64,000 nt of DNA from Lepidodermella squamata (GCA_047495785.1 JBLDXI010000054.1:1364001-1428000), one strand, 5' to 3'. Shown: positions 24,225-37,461, counted from the first letter of the stretch. Numbers and translations: made by a program. The notes: generated by a model from the sequence alone, not told the origin.

Positions 24225-25363
24225 TCAGTTGCTCTGCGTTATTGCAATTCGATACGGCTTCGGGTTAGCATCGCTCTCATCCCAGGTGTTGCCTCTAGAA
24301 TTAATTGAAAAAATATCGAAAAATCGAAAATAAATTGCTGAACTAACGCTGGGCTGTAGTAGCAGGCGTAGAAGGTCTTCTCTAGGCTCGGGCATTTCGT
24401 AGCACCACAGCCGATTTTATTAGTCGTCGCCCATACCAACTTGAAAATAAATTACAAAAAAATGCAATAAAAAATGCGAAAAATACCTGTGTAAAATGAA
24501 GCATCGTTCCGCTTGGGCGACTTCGAGCCGAATACGAGTAATTAGTCGACGGAGCGTGCCAATAATTACAAGCCAGCATGATATCAAAGGCATCCATAGG
24601 TCCTGAGACCACATTTTGCCCAATAGACTTGAAAAAATTACGATTAGTGCGACGTGACCTAATTTCGGACAAAGAATGTCTCACCCACCTTAAATAGCCC
24701 AGGAGCAACTGCAGTTGGGTCATTGCCTTGCTGGCACTGATCTGTCCACTTTTGAGCCATGCAGGCTAGATCTTCATCCCACGACATTTCCAACATATTG
24801 ACAGCTGGAGGGTGGACAAGCAGTCGATACTCCTTATGCCTTTGCAACACCTGATTTTTGTCGAATTCTTTGAAGAAAAAATTAATTAAATTTTCCTAAA
24901 TTGATTATTTAGATTTACTTTCCGGCTGCGATCCTGATACTGCTTCGTTGCAAGTCGTGTGATTTTTCGGATTTATCCCTCTCAAATGGCAATCGCACAT
25001 CAAATCGTCATCGTCATGACCTTCATCCTCTCCACTATGGTCTCGGCCTCCAAATGAAAACTATGGGATAAAAATCGGGAACATATTAATTTTTTTCGAA
25101 TGAATTACAAATTAAATTGGGAAATAAATCGCTGAAGGCCATACCAGTGAGGGAAAAATCGGCCATAGCAACCGTGGTTACCAGGGACGCTATCACCAAG
25201 ATTAAAGCTTTAGACACCTTGGGGAAAAATTCGGAAAGCACCAGATATTTTTTGTTAATTTTCCTAATTTTTTAGATGAATTTTCTCCGAAAAATACCTG
25301 ACTTGTCACCTGTAAAACAGCTAGCCAAAGTATCAGACGGCTTGGAATCGTCCTTGCTTGCAT
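24225..25363 (-). CDS. CAP/SCP/TAPS (venom allergen-like) protein 1
   Basis: HKEYR...PPAVNMLEMSWDEDLACMAQKW, IGQNV, HFTQ|LVWATTNKIGCG, YACYYSPA|GN. The 5' exon structure is less certain. Confidence 0.8.
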
Positions 25364-25748
25364 TTTTTTCAAGGTTGAGCTAGAAATTATGCGATTTTTC
25401 TGGCAATAGGCAAGAAAATTTTCCTCGCAGTAAAAATGGCGATTATCGAGTGCTGAATTATGGACAGCTTTTTTTTATGCCGGTATGCCATGCCTTTAAA
25501 GGCCTAGCTTCAGTAATATTGTATCTAGGCATGCTTCATCACGCGATGATAAAAAAACTCGCATACACAATAAACACAGGTACATTTCACTTTATTATGT
25601 CTCGGCATTAAATCGATTTTTTTTGTATCTCAAAGAACCGCAACCGGTATAGCAGAAGTAGTGAAAAACAACTTATTAAAATTTAATAGGAAAAATGATT
25701 AAAAAAACACCGGGTCTGGTGTTTGTAACGCGGCGGTTTTTTCTGCGC

Positions 25749-27688
25749 CTACTGCTTTTCGTATGGGAATTTTTTCGGGTCAACGTTGTTGATTTTAACG
25801 TTGCCAGCCGGGCCGTAGTTGCAGACGAATACGCGCTTGTTTTTGGTCTTACACTGGGCAGCGGCACAGCCAACGTGGTTGCTCTTCGACCAGACCATCT
25901 AGATAAAATGTACAAATTTTAAAAGGAAAAAATCCGATTTTTTTCTTATCACTTTTACCTGGGTGTAATGGCCGATGGGTTGGCCAGGGTCGTCGAAAAT
26001 GGCGCCGCTTCCGTATTCCCAGTTGAAACGCTCATCGCACCAGGCCTGTAATAGGAATTTAATAAGGAAAATCCTGGCGATCTTCGGAAAATTCCAACCT
26101 GAGCCATTTCTTCAAAGGTAATGGCACCCCAGCCGTAGGCCAAATTTTGGCCAACGCCAATCTGCGAATCGAAAAATGGTCGATTGAAGTTGATTGAAAA
26201 TAAATTTAAATTTAAATACCGCATATCGAGCTGGGAAGGCTCGCATCGGGTACGTGTCGTGATCTTCCGGGCACTGGTTCGCGAATTGCTGGGCGATGCA
26301 GGCTAAAGTGTCATCCCAGGCCTAGAAAATATATAGGAATAAGTATGCTCCAATTGAAAAATTTCGAGAATAATACAGAGAAATAAAAGAACAAGAAGAC
26401 CGTCATAACAGCAAATACCCAAAATAGCAAAAGCGACAAAACAGCACATTTTCAACTTGCGACATAACAGCAGATGCACGTTGCATCATTTGCATAGTAA
26501 GCTATCGCTGTTTTGTCGCTGTACCAAAGAACATAATTTTATAACAGGAAATAAAACTTGAAAGAAAATGTAAACAAGTATTGCTGATTTTTCATTAAAA
26601 TGAAGAACACAAATTTCAAATTTTCCCATAATTCCAACTTCATATCAAAAATATTCCTCATCTATTAGGATCGACCTTTCGATCATTCGCACCTAAATAA
26701 TGACGCGTTTTTGACTATACTTAAGAAGGGGTTCCAGCAGTGGATGATTGATAGTTTTGCTCAAAATGATCTACGCTTAAGGCTCATAATGACCTTGGAT
26801 GGCTTCAACGCGATTTCACTGGATGGATTGTTAGATTATAGTAAGTCGCACTGGAACCTTTCAGAAAGGTCAAAAAGCTCAAGGGTCGGTTTTAATGAAA
26901 AAAAACCCAGCTTTATCACGGCTTCAAAAATGATCGTTTTTCCAACCAGGTGAAGTATATGAGCTTTACTCAGTTTCAAACGTAGATCACTTTGAGGATA
27001 AAAGCTTCCATTTTCCGCTGCGGGAACCTCTTCCAAGCTGGAATAGTCAAAGTTGCGTACTTCAAGTACGAATTTCCGGTCCGTAATATCAAGACAGAAC
27101 TCGCTAATATAATTTTACGTTGGGACCTGTAGTCCAGCTAGAACCGTTCATAAGATGACCGATCAGGTGTTGCTTTACTTTTCTTAGGTCAAATTTTGAA
27201 CCAGAATTTTACTTAAAATTTGGCAAAATAAATGGAGAATTGTCATTTTTCTACCTCATCTATCCATTGAGGAAAATTTAAATTTCTAAAAATATTTCCA
27301 ACTCACCATTGGTTCCATGTCCTTAGCAGCGGGCGTCACTCCTTCGCGGCATTTTCGATGAATAGCCAAGGCGTTGTCCTTACTAACGGGTATCACTGAT
27401 TGAAAATCAGCGACCGGCTTGCGGCACGCTGAATGTATCGTCGAATTGATAAGTTTCTTATCAATACCACAACACTGCGTTTTGAGAAGAAAAATATTTT
27501 AAAAAAATGAGAAAAATGAAAAAAAACAGCAAACATTTCCGAAATTTTTAGCATCCCGCATTGTGAAGCCATTGATCTGAAATGGTATAAGGTTGAATTG
27601 AAATCGTCTCGGATCAGGGGATTTCATTTACCGAGTTCAAAGCGGCGGCGAATACGCCAACCGTCAACATTAATCGGCATAGGGCCAT
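25749..27688 (-). CDS. CAP/SCP/TAPS protein 2
   Basis: Signal MALCRLMLTVGVFAAALNS; CCG...HSAC; HRKCR; PAAKDMEPM|AWDDTLACIAQ; GQNLA; GHYTQ|MVWSKSNHVGC; [10 protein letters not shown]. Confidence 0.87.
26398..26524. repeat. Small dispersed repeat (gcgacaaaacagc units) in CAP2 intron; inverted relative at 30059-30222 in CAP4 intron
   Basis: gaccgtcataacagcaaa...gctgttttgtcgctgtac versus gtacggcgacaaaacagc...tttgctgttatgacggtc. Confidence 0.6.
26770..27140 (-). pseudogene. Possible BTB/POZ-domain pseudogene fragment inside the CAP2 intron
   Basis: Across frames RKIILASS, VLEVRNFDYSSLEEV, FYP, LELFDLSERFQCDLL resemble the BTB consensus (HKxILAxxS; ixixdfd; ellxlaxxy). Stops and frameshifts present. 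Confidence 0.4.
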
Positions 27689-27960
27689 TTTAGTTTGAAT
27701 TATTATTTCTTATTATATTTATGAGGGATTAAATAGAAATCACTGATTTATTTATCCAATTAATCACCTGATTTGTTTTTTTCATCGCGTGACAAAAAGC
27801 CATGCCTGAATAAATCAAACCACCTCCATGTTTTATTTAATGTTTTCTCGTCTGGGATAGTCAAAAGAACAGATCATAGGCAAAATCAATAGCTGACGGT
27901 ATCAGAGAAATTAAAGTGATAAATTATGCAAAATAAAATAAAATAAATTATCGTTTTTTT

Positions 27961-29118
27961 TTAATCGGTATCATAGGGCTTTTTCGCATAGGAATATGGC
28001 GTGTCGTCCGTGTTGATGTTACCAGCCGGGCCGTAGTTGCAGATCAGAACGACTTTATCATCGGTCTTGCACTTGGCCGCTCCGCAACCAACAGCCGTTG
28101 TATCAGCCCAGATCATCTTCAAATCGTGAAAAAAATATTAGAAAAATAATTTGATAAAAGAAATCAAACAAACCTGGGTGAAATGGCCAACTGGCTTCAA
28201 ATGATCCGTAATATCCTTCTTTCCTGTGCCATATTCCCAGTCCTCCTTCTCGTCACACCAAGCCTGGGAAATCGAAAAAAATATTAATTAAATGAAATTT
28301 CGTGCCAACATTTTTGAAAAGTTGAAAAATCAATTTTAAATTATATCGAAATTTATTAAATCGAATTAAATTAAATTTGTCCTTTTCTCAAAATTTCAAA
28401 TTAAAATATAATATTATATTTTATCTAAAAAAATTGTATTAATTTAATATTTCAATTTCATTTTTTTATTTTAAAATTTTCAATTTTTTCAATTTTTTTT
28501 TCAAATTTTCCTCATTTTTCTATACACTTGCCTGGGTAAGCTCTTCCATAGTGAAGGATCCCCAGCCGAGGGCCAAATTCTGGCCTACGTCTTCGAACCC
28601 GCCGGGTAGAGTTCGCTTTTTCGGATCATCTTCGTGATCGTCCGGGCATTGGCGAGCATATTGCTGGGCGATGCACGCCAGCCTATCGTCCCACTTTATC
28701 GGCTTCATATTTTTCGCCGGCGGGTCAACTTCGGAGCGGCATGTCTTGTGCAGATCCAACAGCGAATCCTTATCAAAGTCTTTTCATTAAAAAAAAAAGA
28801 AATGAAATTCGAAGGCTGATTCGGCAAGAAAAAATTACTCACCAATAGTGCTATCGAAATCATCGCTGGGAGCTTGACAGGCTGAATGATCACCGGGTAC
28901 TTTGTTCTTCAACCCACAACACTTGGAAAAAAAATTTTAAAATTATTTAAAAAATTATTAAAAAATTTCATTATCTCACATTTTTCCAACGGTTGTCATT
29001 CCCGCCGCCCTGAAAATAATTATAATTAATTAATTAATTTTTGAATTTTTTTCTAAATTTTTACCTGAATCAGGGTTAGAGAAGAAATCAGAAGAGCAGC
29101 GGTTAGGAAGAAAGTCAT
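27961..29118 (-). CDS. CAP/SCP/TAPS protein 3
   Basis: Signal MTFFLTAALLISSLTLIQ; HKTCR; PPAKNMKPIKWDDRLACIAQ; VGQNLA; GHFTQ|MIWADTTAVGCG; ICNYGPAGN. Confidence 0.87.
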
Positions 29119-29451
29119 GATATTTGTTATTAATGAAAATGTAAATACTAAATACTTAGCTGCTCTAACGGGCACCCGGGTGAACTCAGCGGCCGTCACG
29201 AGGCCATTAGAATAATAAAATCCTAGGTAAATCGCCGCCCGCGCGTTGCTAATTATAAATGCGCGCGCGCGATTTTTTTGTGCTACACTGATTTTAAAGA
29301 ATTAAAGCCCTTCCGTTATATTTTACATTAATTTAACCGTTTTTTATTCAAGAATGAGCGATGATAATTAGAGCGATATAATCGCTGTGCATTTTGGCCT
29401 AATTATTTAGCCAGACGACAAAAAAAAATTCGACGAAAATCAAAGTTTATT

Positions 29452-31167
29452 TCAAGCTGCAGCATAAGGTCTCAGAGCATAGTCGACGCCATTCACTCGA
29501 ACGTTGCCAGCTGGGCCGTAGTTGCAAACGAAAACTTTTTTGCGGTCGGTCTTGCACTGGGCGGCGCCACATCCAACAGCCGTAGTATTAGCCCAGACAA
29601 CCTGAATAAGAAATCGAAATAAAAAATCGTATTTTATGGTACACCCACGATTATATTTATATCTGATGAGTAGTTATAATATCTTGATTGGAAATTGGAG
29701 AACTAAGGATTTGAGGGAAATAGGATACCTTTTGGGACTAATAGAGTCTATTAGTCCCAAGCATATTGTCGAGATTCAGGACTAGTTATCGAAAGGGTAT
29801 GTAAATATTCGAACCACGCAAATTTTGAAGTTCTAGCAAAGAAAATGTTGAATTTTTCCTCTCTTAAAAACGATGCGCCCCTTGGAATTTTTAATTTTAG
29901 CTAAATATGGTACCCTGGAAAGTAAAATTATTTCAATATTGGCCTTCTTATATGAAGACGTGAAACTCGAAATTTGGACCTTGAAGTGGCCAAAAATGAT
30001 TAAGGCTGAGTTTTTGCAAAAGATTTGTACAATTATTGCAAATTTCAAGCCAAGTTGGTACGGCGACAAAACAGCAACTTCGCAGAACAGCAAATACGAC
30101 AAAACAGCAACTTTTTAATTTTGCGACAAAAAAGCGAAAACTTACTTTGCAAAAGATGCATCGAATTTCTGCTGTTAAGTTGAAAAATTTGCTGTTTTGT
30201 CGCGTTTGCTGTTATGACGGTCTGCCCTTAAGTTCAATAATTGCGGATTTTTCGAAAAAAATCGTTTTTGTCCATTTTTTGCCTCAATTTTTTATAATCA
30301 TTTTTGTTAACGAAAACGCTGTATTCGGAAGAATTATTAATTATTATCATTTTATAGTAATTTCACCTGTGTAAAATGACCGATTGGCTTTGATGGGTCA
30401 TCATCGATTTTCCCTCTGCCGTACTGCCAGTTCGATTTCTCATCACACCAATCCTGAACGATGTCTTGAAACGTCCCACGGCCAAAGATAAAGCCAAGAT
30501 TCTGCCCAACACCGCCCTTCATAAAATTACATAAATTTCTTTGAAAAATTGTCAAAAAATATTTTCGAATAATACTGTGTAAATGGCCGGCATTTCGCGC
30601 TGGGCCGCTGTGTCGTGGTCATCCAGGCATTGGTTAGCCAGCGCCTGGGCGACACAGGCCAGACGGTCGTCCCACGATATCGGCGCCATGTTAGTCGCGG
30701 GTGGCGTGACATTGCCTCGACACTCCCGATGAAGTTGCAAGACTTCATCCTTGTCAAAAACTGGAAATGAAAATTTTTCATTAAAAAAATGATTTTTAAA
30801 TAAAAATTGCTACCTATGTCAGTTGGTGATTCAGTCATATTTTTCGGCTTGCAAGCCGTGTGATTTTCCGGAGATGACAGGGTAGATTTGTCCAAACCGC
30901 AGCACTGAATAAAAGTTAGTTGAAACAATGTAAAAAATTTTAAAAAAAAATTCGATTTACGGTTTCATTGTTCTGAAGGCCTACGAAATTGCTGGAAATA
31001 TCATCATCGTGCTCATGGCAATTGCCATCGCTGCAGTTACAGTCGCAATTGTCATCATCATCCTCATATTCAGTCGACCTCCTTGCCTCGTTTGACAAGC
31101 TGCTATCATGGGCTTTGCTAGACAATGCTAATAACATCATGCAGAAAATCAACAATTTCAGAATCAT
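29452..31167 (-). CDS. CAP/SCP/TAPS protein 4 with Cys/Asp-rich N-terminal extension
   Basis: [19 protein letters not shown]...[22 protein letters not shown]; CCGLDK...HTAC; HRECR; [10 protein letters not shown]; GQNLG; GHFTQ|[12 protein letters not shown]; [10 protein letters not shown]. Confidence 0.87.
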
Positions 31168-31790
31168 TTTAAAATTATTTTGAAAATTTTGATTGCTTTA
31201 TTTCTGCTGATTAGAAATTCTGTTGATGGCGCATCAATAATTCGACTTAGGGTATAATTTCCATGAACAATGGCGATTCTGGATGGCGATTTACGAGCGA
31301 TTTACGTATAGAATAAATCGCTAAAATTGTTGTGCCAAAAGCGTTATAATCGGCACACCCTCCCAACAGCGCGCTAATGCGGAGTCTGGATTCCTAAATG
31401 CGCATGGTAAAATTTTGCCATAGGGAATTAAGGAATCCTTAACGGTGTTGAGGGCAGAAAATTGAGTTTAAAAAGTATTGCTTTTCAGCCTTAATCATAG
31501 GAGAATTGAAATTTGGTTCCGCAAAAAGATATTCCGGAATTTTTCTATGGCTCTGCGAAACATTTTTTGATGTGGAATTTCTTTAATTTTTTTAAGGTGG
31601 ATCTTTGACAAGACCATTATTTGGACTGCACAGAAACTTGGGAAGGCGACTAATCAACCAGAAGAGCGATTTTCTTCATTGGATTCACATCTAGCTGATT
31701 CCGGCCTTTGGACCGGTTCCAAGCAGAGGCTTGGAAGGCCTTTACAATGATGCATTGCCCTCAGGAAGAAGACTACCCACTAGCGAATCC

Positions 31791-32016
31791 GATTGATAAC
31801 TTGAACTGTGATCGAAACCAGAACAGATCCAGATCCAACGAATCCTTTATCTGCGGAACTTGAAAGATGAACTGTTGAAGATGAGTCGCTGAATCCACTT
31901 TTTTACGGTGGATCTTTAACAATACCATTTTCTGTTCATCTTTCAAGTTCCGCAGTTAAAGGATTCGTTGGATCTGGATCTGTTCTGGTTTCGATCAAAG
32001 TTCAAGTTATCAATCA
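31791..32016. repeat. About 80-bp inverted repeat with about 60-bp spacer (hairpin) inside an insertion absent from the paralogous block
   Basis: gattgataacttgaactgtgatcgaaaccagaacagatcc...gatgaac versus its reverse complement at 31934-32016. The paralog at about 54720 lacks 31495-32052. Confidence 0.8.
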
Positions 32017-32590
32017 ATTATTTATGCTATTTTCACACGCGTGTGCCTCTCCAACACCCGAAAAGTGTCTCCATACTGTGCGCATGTATGGATAGGATTT
32101 CTTTATACACAGGAATCGCGGATGGAGCAGCCTAATTATCTCTGGATGTCGCAGCGCCCGTGATAGCCGGCCGTCCTACTTTGCACGCTGAAAGAAATAT
32201 AGGGCACAAAAAGAGCATACCCTATTAGGGGCGCGTTATTTTCTTCATTACTTCTCCCGTAAGGATGCGCCAGCTTGTTTGTTTTACGTTAGCATAATCC
32301 ACATTAAACATCTACCAATGCAGCTAGTTTTAATTTTTAGTACGCATTCTATTTGAACGCGATATTTAGGTTGATGAATATTGAACCTACTAGGATTCGA
32401 CCTTGCCCTAGTGAAAATTCCATGTAAAGTTCCGTTTTTGTTTTTATTAATAGGCTCCTCTTTGTTTGAAGCTGGACGTCGTCTTTTGCTTCATCTTGTG
32501 CGAGATCGTTAAATTTGTTGATACAAGAATTTTATTTCGCGTTTTATTTCCTTCGTCCTTTCTCTCGTATGCGGCAAAACGAAACGATGG

Positions 32591-32697
32591 GCTTGTTTGT
32601 TTTTCTTATCGAATAAGGAATAAATCACCTGCATCTTGTTTTGATCGCTCGAAATAGATCACGCATTAGCAGTAATAGGACAAAAAGCGCCTATAAA
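32591..32697 (+). promoter_or_regulatory. Lectin promoter module, copy D (TGTTTGT + CACCTG + TATA); same module before F (40672-40711), G (46677-46718) and H (55965-56004)
   Basis: cttgtttgttttt...aaatcacctgc...cctataaatt with conserved order and spacing across paralogs whose flanks otherwise diverge. Confidence 0.6.
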
Positions 32698-32765
32698 TTC
32701 TGGGCTAATGATGCAGCTTTTCATCAGTTTTCGAATTCCTTTCTCTCATTGTTTGGTTAATTTCA

Positions 32766-34439
32766 ATGGCTCGTTTCACTTTTGTGGCAACGGCTCTGCT
32801 CGCTGCCGTCGGTTATGCCGCAGCCGCCAGATACTACGTCAACCAAACGCCTAATACTGGCACTTCAAACGCCTGTCCGTACGGTCTTGCCTCCATCTTG
32901 TCAAAGGACGACATGAATGCGGCTGTCACCGCGATCGGGGGCAAAGCGGGCCAGTACTGGATCGGTCTCTACAACACCGGCAACAACGCGGACGGTGTCA
33001 ATGGATGGACTTGTAAGTGATGTGGGCATTCTTACTTGCAAATTGTAAATTGTAGCAAATTCTAAGGGAGTGATGGTTCGATTTTCAATCGTAATAGCTA
33101 CGTGAATTGGAGCCCGGTGACTGGCTACACGAACCCTCAGAATACCAATCTGCAACCAGCTCCAGGCCAGAGTGTCTACATCGATGAAAAGGGCCAGTTC
33201 GTTACAGCAGCGAGCACTATCACCCGCCCGCTGCTTTGCAACGGCCAGTTGAAGGTCAGACATTCCGCTGTGAATTTCATTAAAACCAAGATTTTCTCGT
33301 CCTTGTAGTACAAAGTCATAGCGACTCCCGACACCGTGGCAGCCGCTGCTTGCCCATACGGCCTTGCTACGATCCAGTCCCGAGACGACTTGAACGCTGC
33401 CATCAAGGCGATCGGTGGCAAGAAGGGCGAGTACTGGATTGGTCTGCGCAATACTGGCAAAAACACTGATGGAGTAAACGGATGGACATGTAAGCTCTGA
33501 AAACGTCAATTTTTTAACTTTGACTAGATTTACAAACTTCCAGGGGCTGACGGCACCGTGTTCACCCGCAGCAGCTTCATCAACTGGGGCCCAGCGTCCG
33601 GCTACGTGAACCCTCAAGATACCAACTTGGGCTCAGCCCCAGGCCAAGGCTTCTTCATCACTGAGAAGGGCTTGTACTTGACTGCCCAGGCAACTATGAA
33701 GCGCGCCTATCTTTGCAACGCTGCGCAAAAGGTATTGCTTTGATGTGAAGCTGTGATGTGTCAAGTCTCAATTATTCATATAAAGTACCAAGTGGTCACG
33801 ACCCCCGACACCGGTGTTTCAAGCCTTTGCCGCCGCGGCTTGGCGACTATTCAATCGCGAGACGACTTGAACGCGGCCGTCAAAGCTGTGGCTGGCCTTG
33901 GCAGCGAGTTCTGGATCGGCCTTCACAACGTCAATGACAACTCGATCGGCGTCAATGGCTGGACCTGTAAGCCTGCATATTCCCGCCCTGAAATTTCACT
34001 AAATTGTATGTTCAGGGGACGATGGCACTCAGTTCACGCGCAGCAGTTTCATCAACTGGAGCCCGGCGACTGGTTACACTAACCCTCAAGATACCAACCT
34101 GGGCTCCGCGCCCGGCCAAGGCTTCTACATCAATTCCCAGGGCCAGTACCTCACAGCCCTAGCTAGTAACAAACGCATGCTTCTCTGTAACGGCTACGAC
34201 AAGTCGGCTGATGTAAAATCATGATTTGGGTATACTTGAAAGCTTTATTCCATTTTTTTCAGTTGAATCTGGGCATCAACTTGGACACTACGATCCCGCC
34301 TTTGACCACGACCACTACCACCACGACCACGCCCCAGGCCATGGACATGCCGGATGACGATTCGCCACCGGAATGTATTAAATATGGGTGGAATTCAATT
34401 GACTGCGTAGGAGCCATCTTTTCTCGTGACTTGGGCTAA
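32766..34439 (+). CDS. Secreted triple C-type-lectin-like protein, copy D (452 aa)
   Basis: Exons 32766-33012, 33067-33254, 33309-33489, 33544-33731, 33786-33966, 34016-34212, 34263-34439 (1359 nt, in frame; introns 54,54,54,54,49,50 nt). Tail PPECIKYGWNSIDCVGAIFSRDLG*. Confidence 0.88.
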
Positions 34440-35270
34440 AGGTTAAATTATCAACTCGATTAATAGATATATTGATTCTGACATTCTGTTTGTGTCAGTT
34501 CTGACGAGGGTTTTATAGAAACCGCCTTAGATAAGTTGTTCACCTTTTCAAAGGCCGATGCTATAGAATGTAGTTACGTATGATGAGTTGCCATGAAACA
34601 AATAAATAAGTGGAAGAGTAAATGCAAACTTACAGTCATATTGCATGGGATAAGAGAAACTGTGTCAAACTGTTAGCCACTGGCTTTACTTATTCTGCCC
34701 AAGTCTTCCGTTTGATGAAACCAAATTAATTTTGATTGCGCTGTTTCCTAAGCCATTTTTATTTCGAATACTTGTGTTGTCAGAATCTTCTGGGAGCAAA
34801 CTTTTACAAATCAGGGCAATCAATTCCAGTTCGCTTCAAGTATTAGGATGTACAAAAGCAATCCGAGAGACTTATACCATCTGATATAGAGCAAATCCCC
34901 AACATTCAAACTTGCAGATTGCAGCCAGAACCCTGTCTCGCTTTGAAGATAATATAGCGAAGAAACGTTTCGCAATTTACGTAATCAATCTGATAGTGCT
35001 GACAGTTTATATACAATGTCTTAGAGCTTTGCAGCGGACAGCGGATAATACTCGCCTGAAAGCCATTTCGGCAGCATTTACCCCTGTTTTCGATTTATCG
35101 CACGGAAACAAAAGTCACGAAAATACTGAGGCGCCGAAACCTCCGCGACTGGTGGCCAAAAAATTCCGCAGAGCGGGAATTCGCTGCGCATCATTTTAAT
35201 GAGGAGTTTTAAGAAATTGAGGAGTTCCACAGGCAAAAGAATGCTTGAAATTTTTCAACTCATTGAAATG

Positions 35271-35504
35271 CTCAATGAAAAGGGCCAGTACGGATTCGCG
35301 GCGGGTTTCGCAACAGTCCCTCGCCCACTGCTGTGCAACGGGTAGCCCACGACGACCACAAGCACGACTACAGCTACGACCTCAACCTATCCTGATCCTT
35401 ATGCAGAATGTGCCCCGGGGAAATTAGCAGCAATGGATCCCAATACCCGCTACATCAGACAGTACTGGTGTAGTTCTGCTGATTTATCGCATAATATTGG
35501 TTAG
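35271..35504 (+). pseudogene. Lectin family remnant: end of CTLD1 fused to Thr stalk and a unique tail
   Basis: NEKGQYGFAAGFATVPRPLLCNG* then PTTTTSTTTATTSTYPDPYAECAPGKLAAMDPNTRYIRQYWCSSADLSHNIG*. Confidence 0.7.
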
Positions 35505-36406
35505 TGTGCGCGTCGTGTTGCAAGTGCGAGCGTGCTAATACCGCAAGCCTGATTCGTTGCGACTGCGTTTAATAAAATCGCGCATTATGAAGTAAGGGCC
35601 TAACATGTTTTGCACGTGTGATTGCGAGACGTCGCACCTTCCGTTTATTTAAGAATGTACGCATTAAATTCACGGTAAAATTCACGGTCGACCATCCGCT
35701 TTTAATTAATCGGATATGGAAATTGAATCTGATTTTTAGGTTGTTACTTCAGATCAGAGCATAACATAGCCGTAGATTATCACAGTTGAGTCTGACAATT
35801 TTACGTCCTGAAAGTGCCATCGCTTCCTGCATGACCAAGTTCATGCCGCGCTTGTCTGACCTTTCACTTTGTGGTTTGCTTCAGTGTGAACCACTCCCCT
35901 GATCTCTTTATTTCGGTATTCCAGTGAAAAGAATAAATACACTCGGAGAGCGGCCAGAGCACAATTTCATATGGTTCCTAACTTTTTTTCCTACTAGCTG
36001 GAGGGCAATGGATGGACCGGCTTGTTTGTTTTGCTCCTCCAATAGGCGACGCATTATTAAACACCTGCCAAGATAGCAGTTTACAAAAGCCCCTAATTTC
36101 ATAGCTCAATATTATACATTATACATTTCAAAAATACAATTTCGAAATTCCGTCATAATGATAATTGAACTGGAGTAACTTACCTGATTTGGACTTGACG
36201 GAATGTCACACTTGCGACGGCAACTATGACTACCGGCTGCCATGCTCCAAAATCGCAGATTTTCATTCAGTATTATTTTTCATCAGCAAGAAAAGCTGAC
36301 GGAAAAGCCATCAGATTTGGCAGAAGTAACTGCATAACGACGGATCAACTATACAATAACTAAAAGGGACTTAACAGCAGGCCCCCATCCGATAAGTGAA
36401 CGACGA

Positions 36407-36488
36407 ACAATTCAAATTTTGCGTTTTGCGTGTTTCGGATTTTCATTGCAAAAAAACCGAAAAACGAAACACGCAAAATTTGAATTGT
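36407..36488. repeat. Short hairpin / mini inverted repeat
   Basis: acaattcaaattttgcg...tgtttcg and cgaaacacgcaaaatttgaattgt. Confidence 0.6.
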
Positions 36489-37461
36489 CAGATAGGTCAG
36501 CTAGGTCAGAAAAATCGACGTTTTGCCTCTCCTTATTAAGATCTTGAGTCATCTTTGTGATCTCTCTGGATCTCTAAACATTACACCTGGAAGCTTCTAA
36601 TATTGATTTTCGTACTTTCCAGACTTGGTTTAGTATGGAAGAGATCCTTTTGAGGGAACAACTTCGCACTTGTGGTCTCAAAAGATCCTATTCCTCATTC
36701 AAATAATCGAAGACTGTAAAGTGCATTATGCCTCGCTACAAGCGTCATGCAACCATTGCGGAGAAAACCTTTCTAAATCCGACCGATGTCTTATTTCATC
36801 CGACAACCCAAAATGTGAATATAATCTGCCTTGTTCATATTTCATTCTTGCTTTTTCATCAAAATAAAAAATTACAGTAAAAAGTGACTACTCGGATCAC
36901 TGTAAATCTTTCACCTTAAAATCCTGCGGTTAATAAGCCAAAATACGCCCCCACGGAAAAATCGAACTAGGAAATCGATATTTTCATGATTTTATGATTT
37001 TATTTGATTGTCGGATGAAATGAGACATTGGCCGGAATAAAAAAGTCACACCCACAATTGCTCGTTTATTGAAACTTTGTGATCACTATAATTGATCCAA
37101 GTTTGTAAAAAGTTCAAGGGCTGTAGAGTTGAATCATACTTTACACTTTAATCGCGCGCTAGCGTAAAAAATGTTAACTCATCTCTATGTGGGCGGCCTA
37201 GTGGAAATGCGACGATTGTTGACACAAGAATTTCAATTCGCTTTGTTTTCCTAATTCTTTGCCTCGTATGAAGAAGATAGCAAGAGGGCTCGTTTGTTTT
37301 GCATCTCGAAATAGGCACCTACTTACACTTCATTTTGACCGCTCGAAATAGCTCGCGCACCGGTGGAATAAAGACAAAAAGTGCTTATAAATTTAGGGCT
37401 GATGAGAATCTTCTTATCACTTTTCGAGTTCATTTCTCTCATCGGTTTAAAGTTCAGTCTA

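Noticed and set aside
32901-33617. 238-aa antisense ORF (also 2076-2600, 56274-56639, 11817-12263, 14036-14437)
   Set aside because: Antisense shadows of real coding exons; not conserved as open frames across paralogs.
37189-37215. tRNA gene from the ggcggcctagtgg box-A-like motif upstream of lectins
   Set aside because: No box B or cloverleaf; it is part of the duplicated upstream region.
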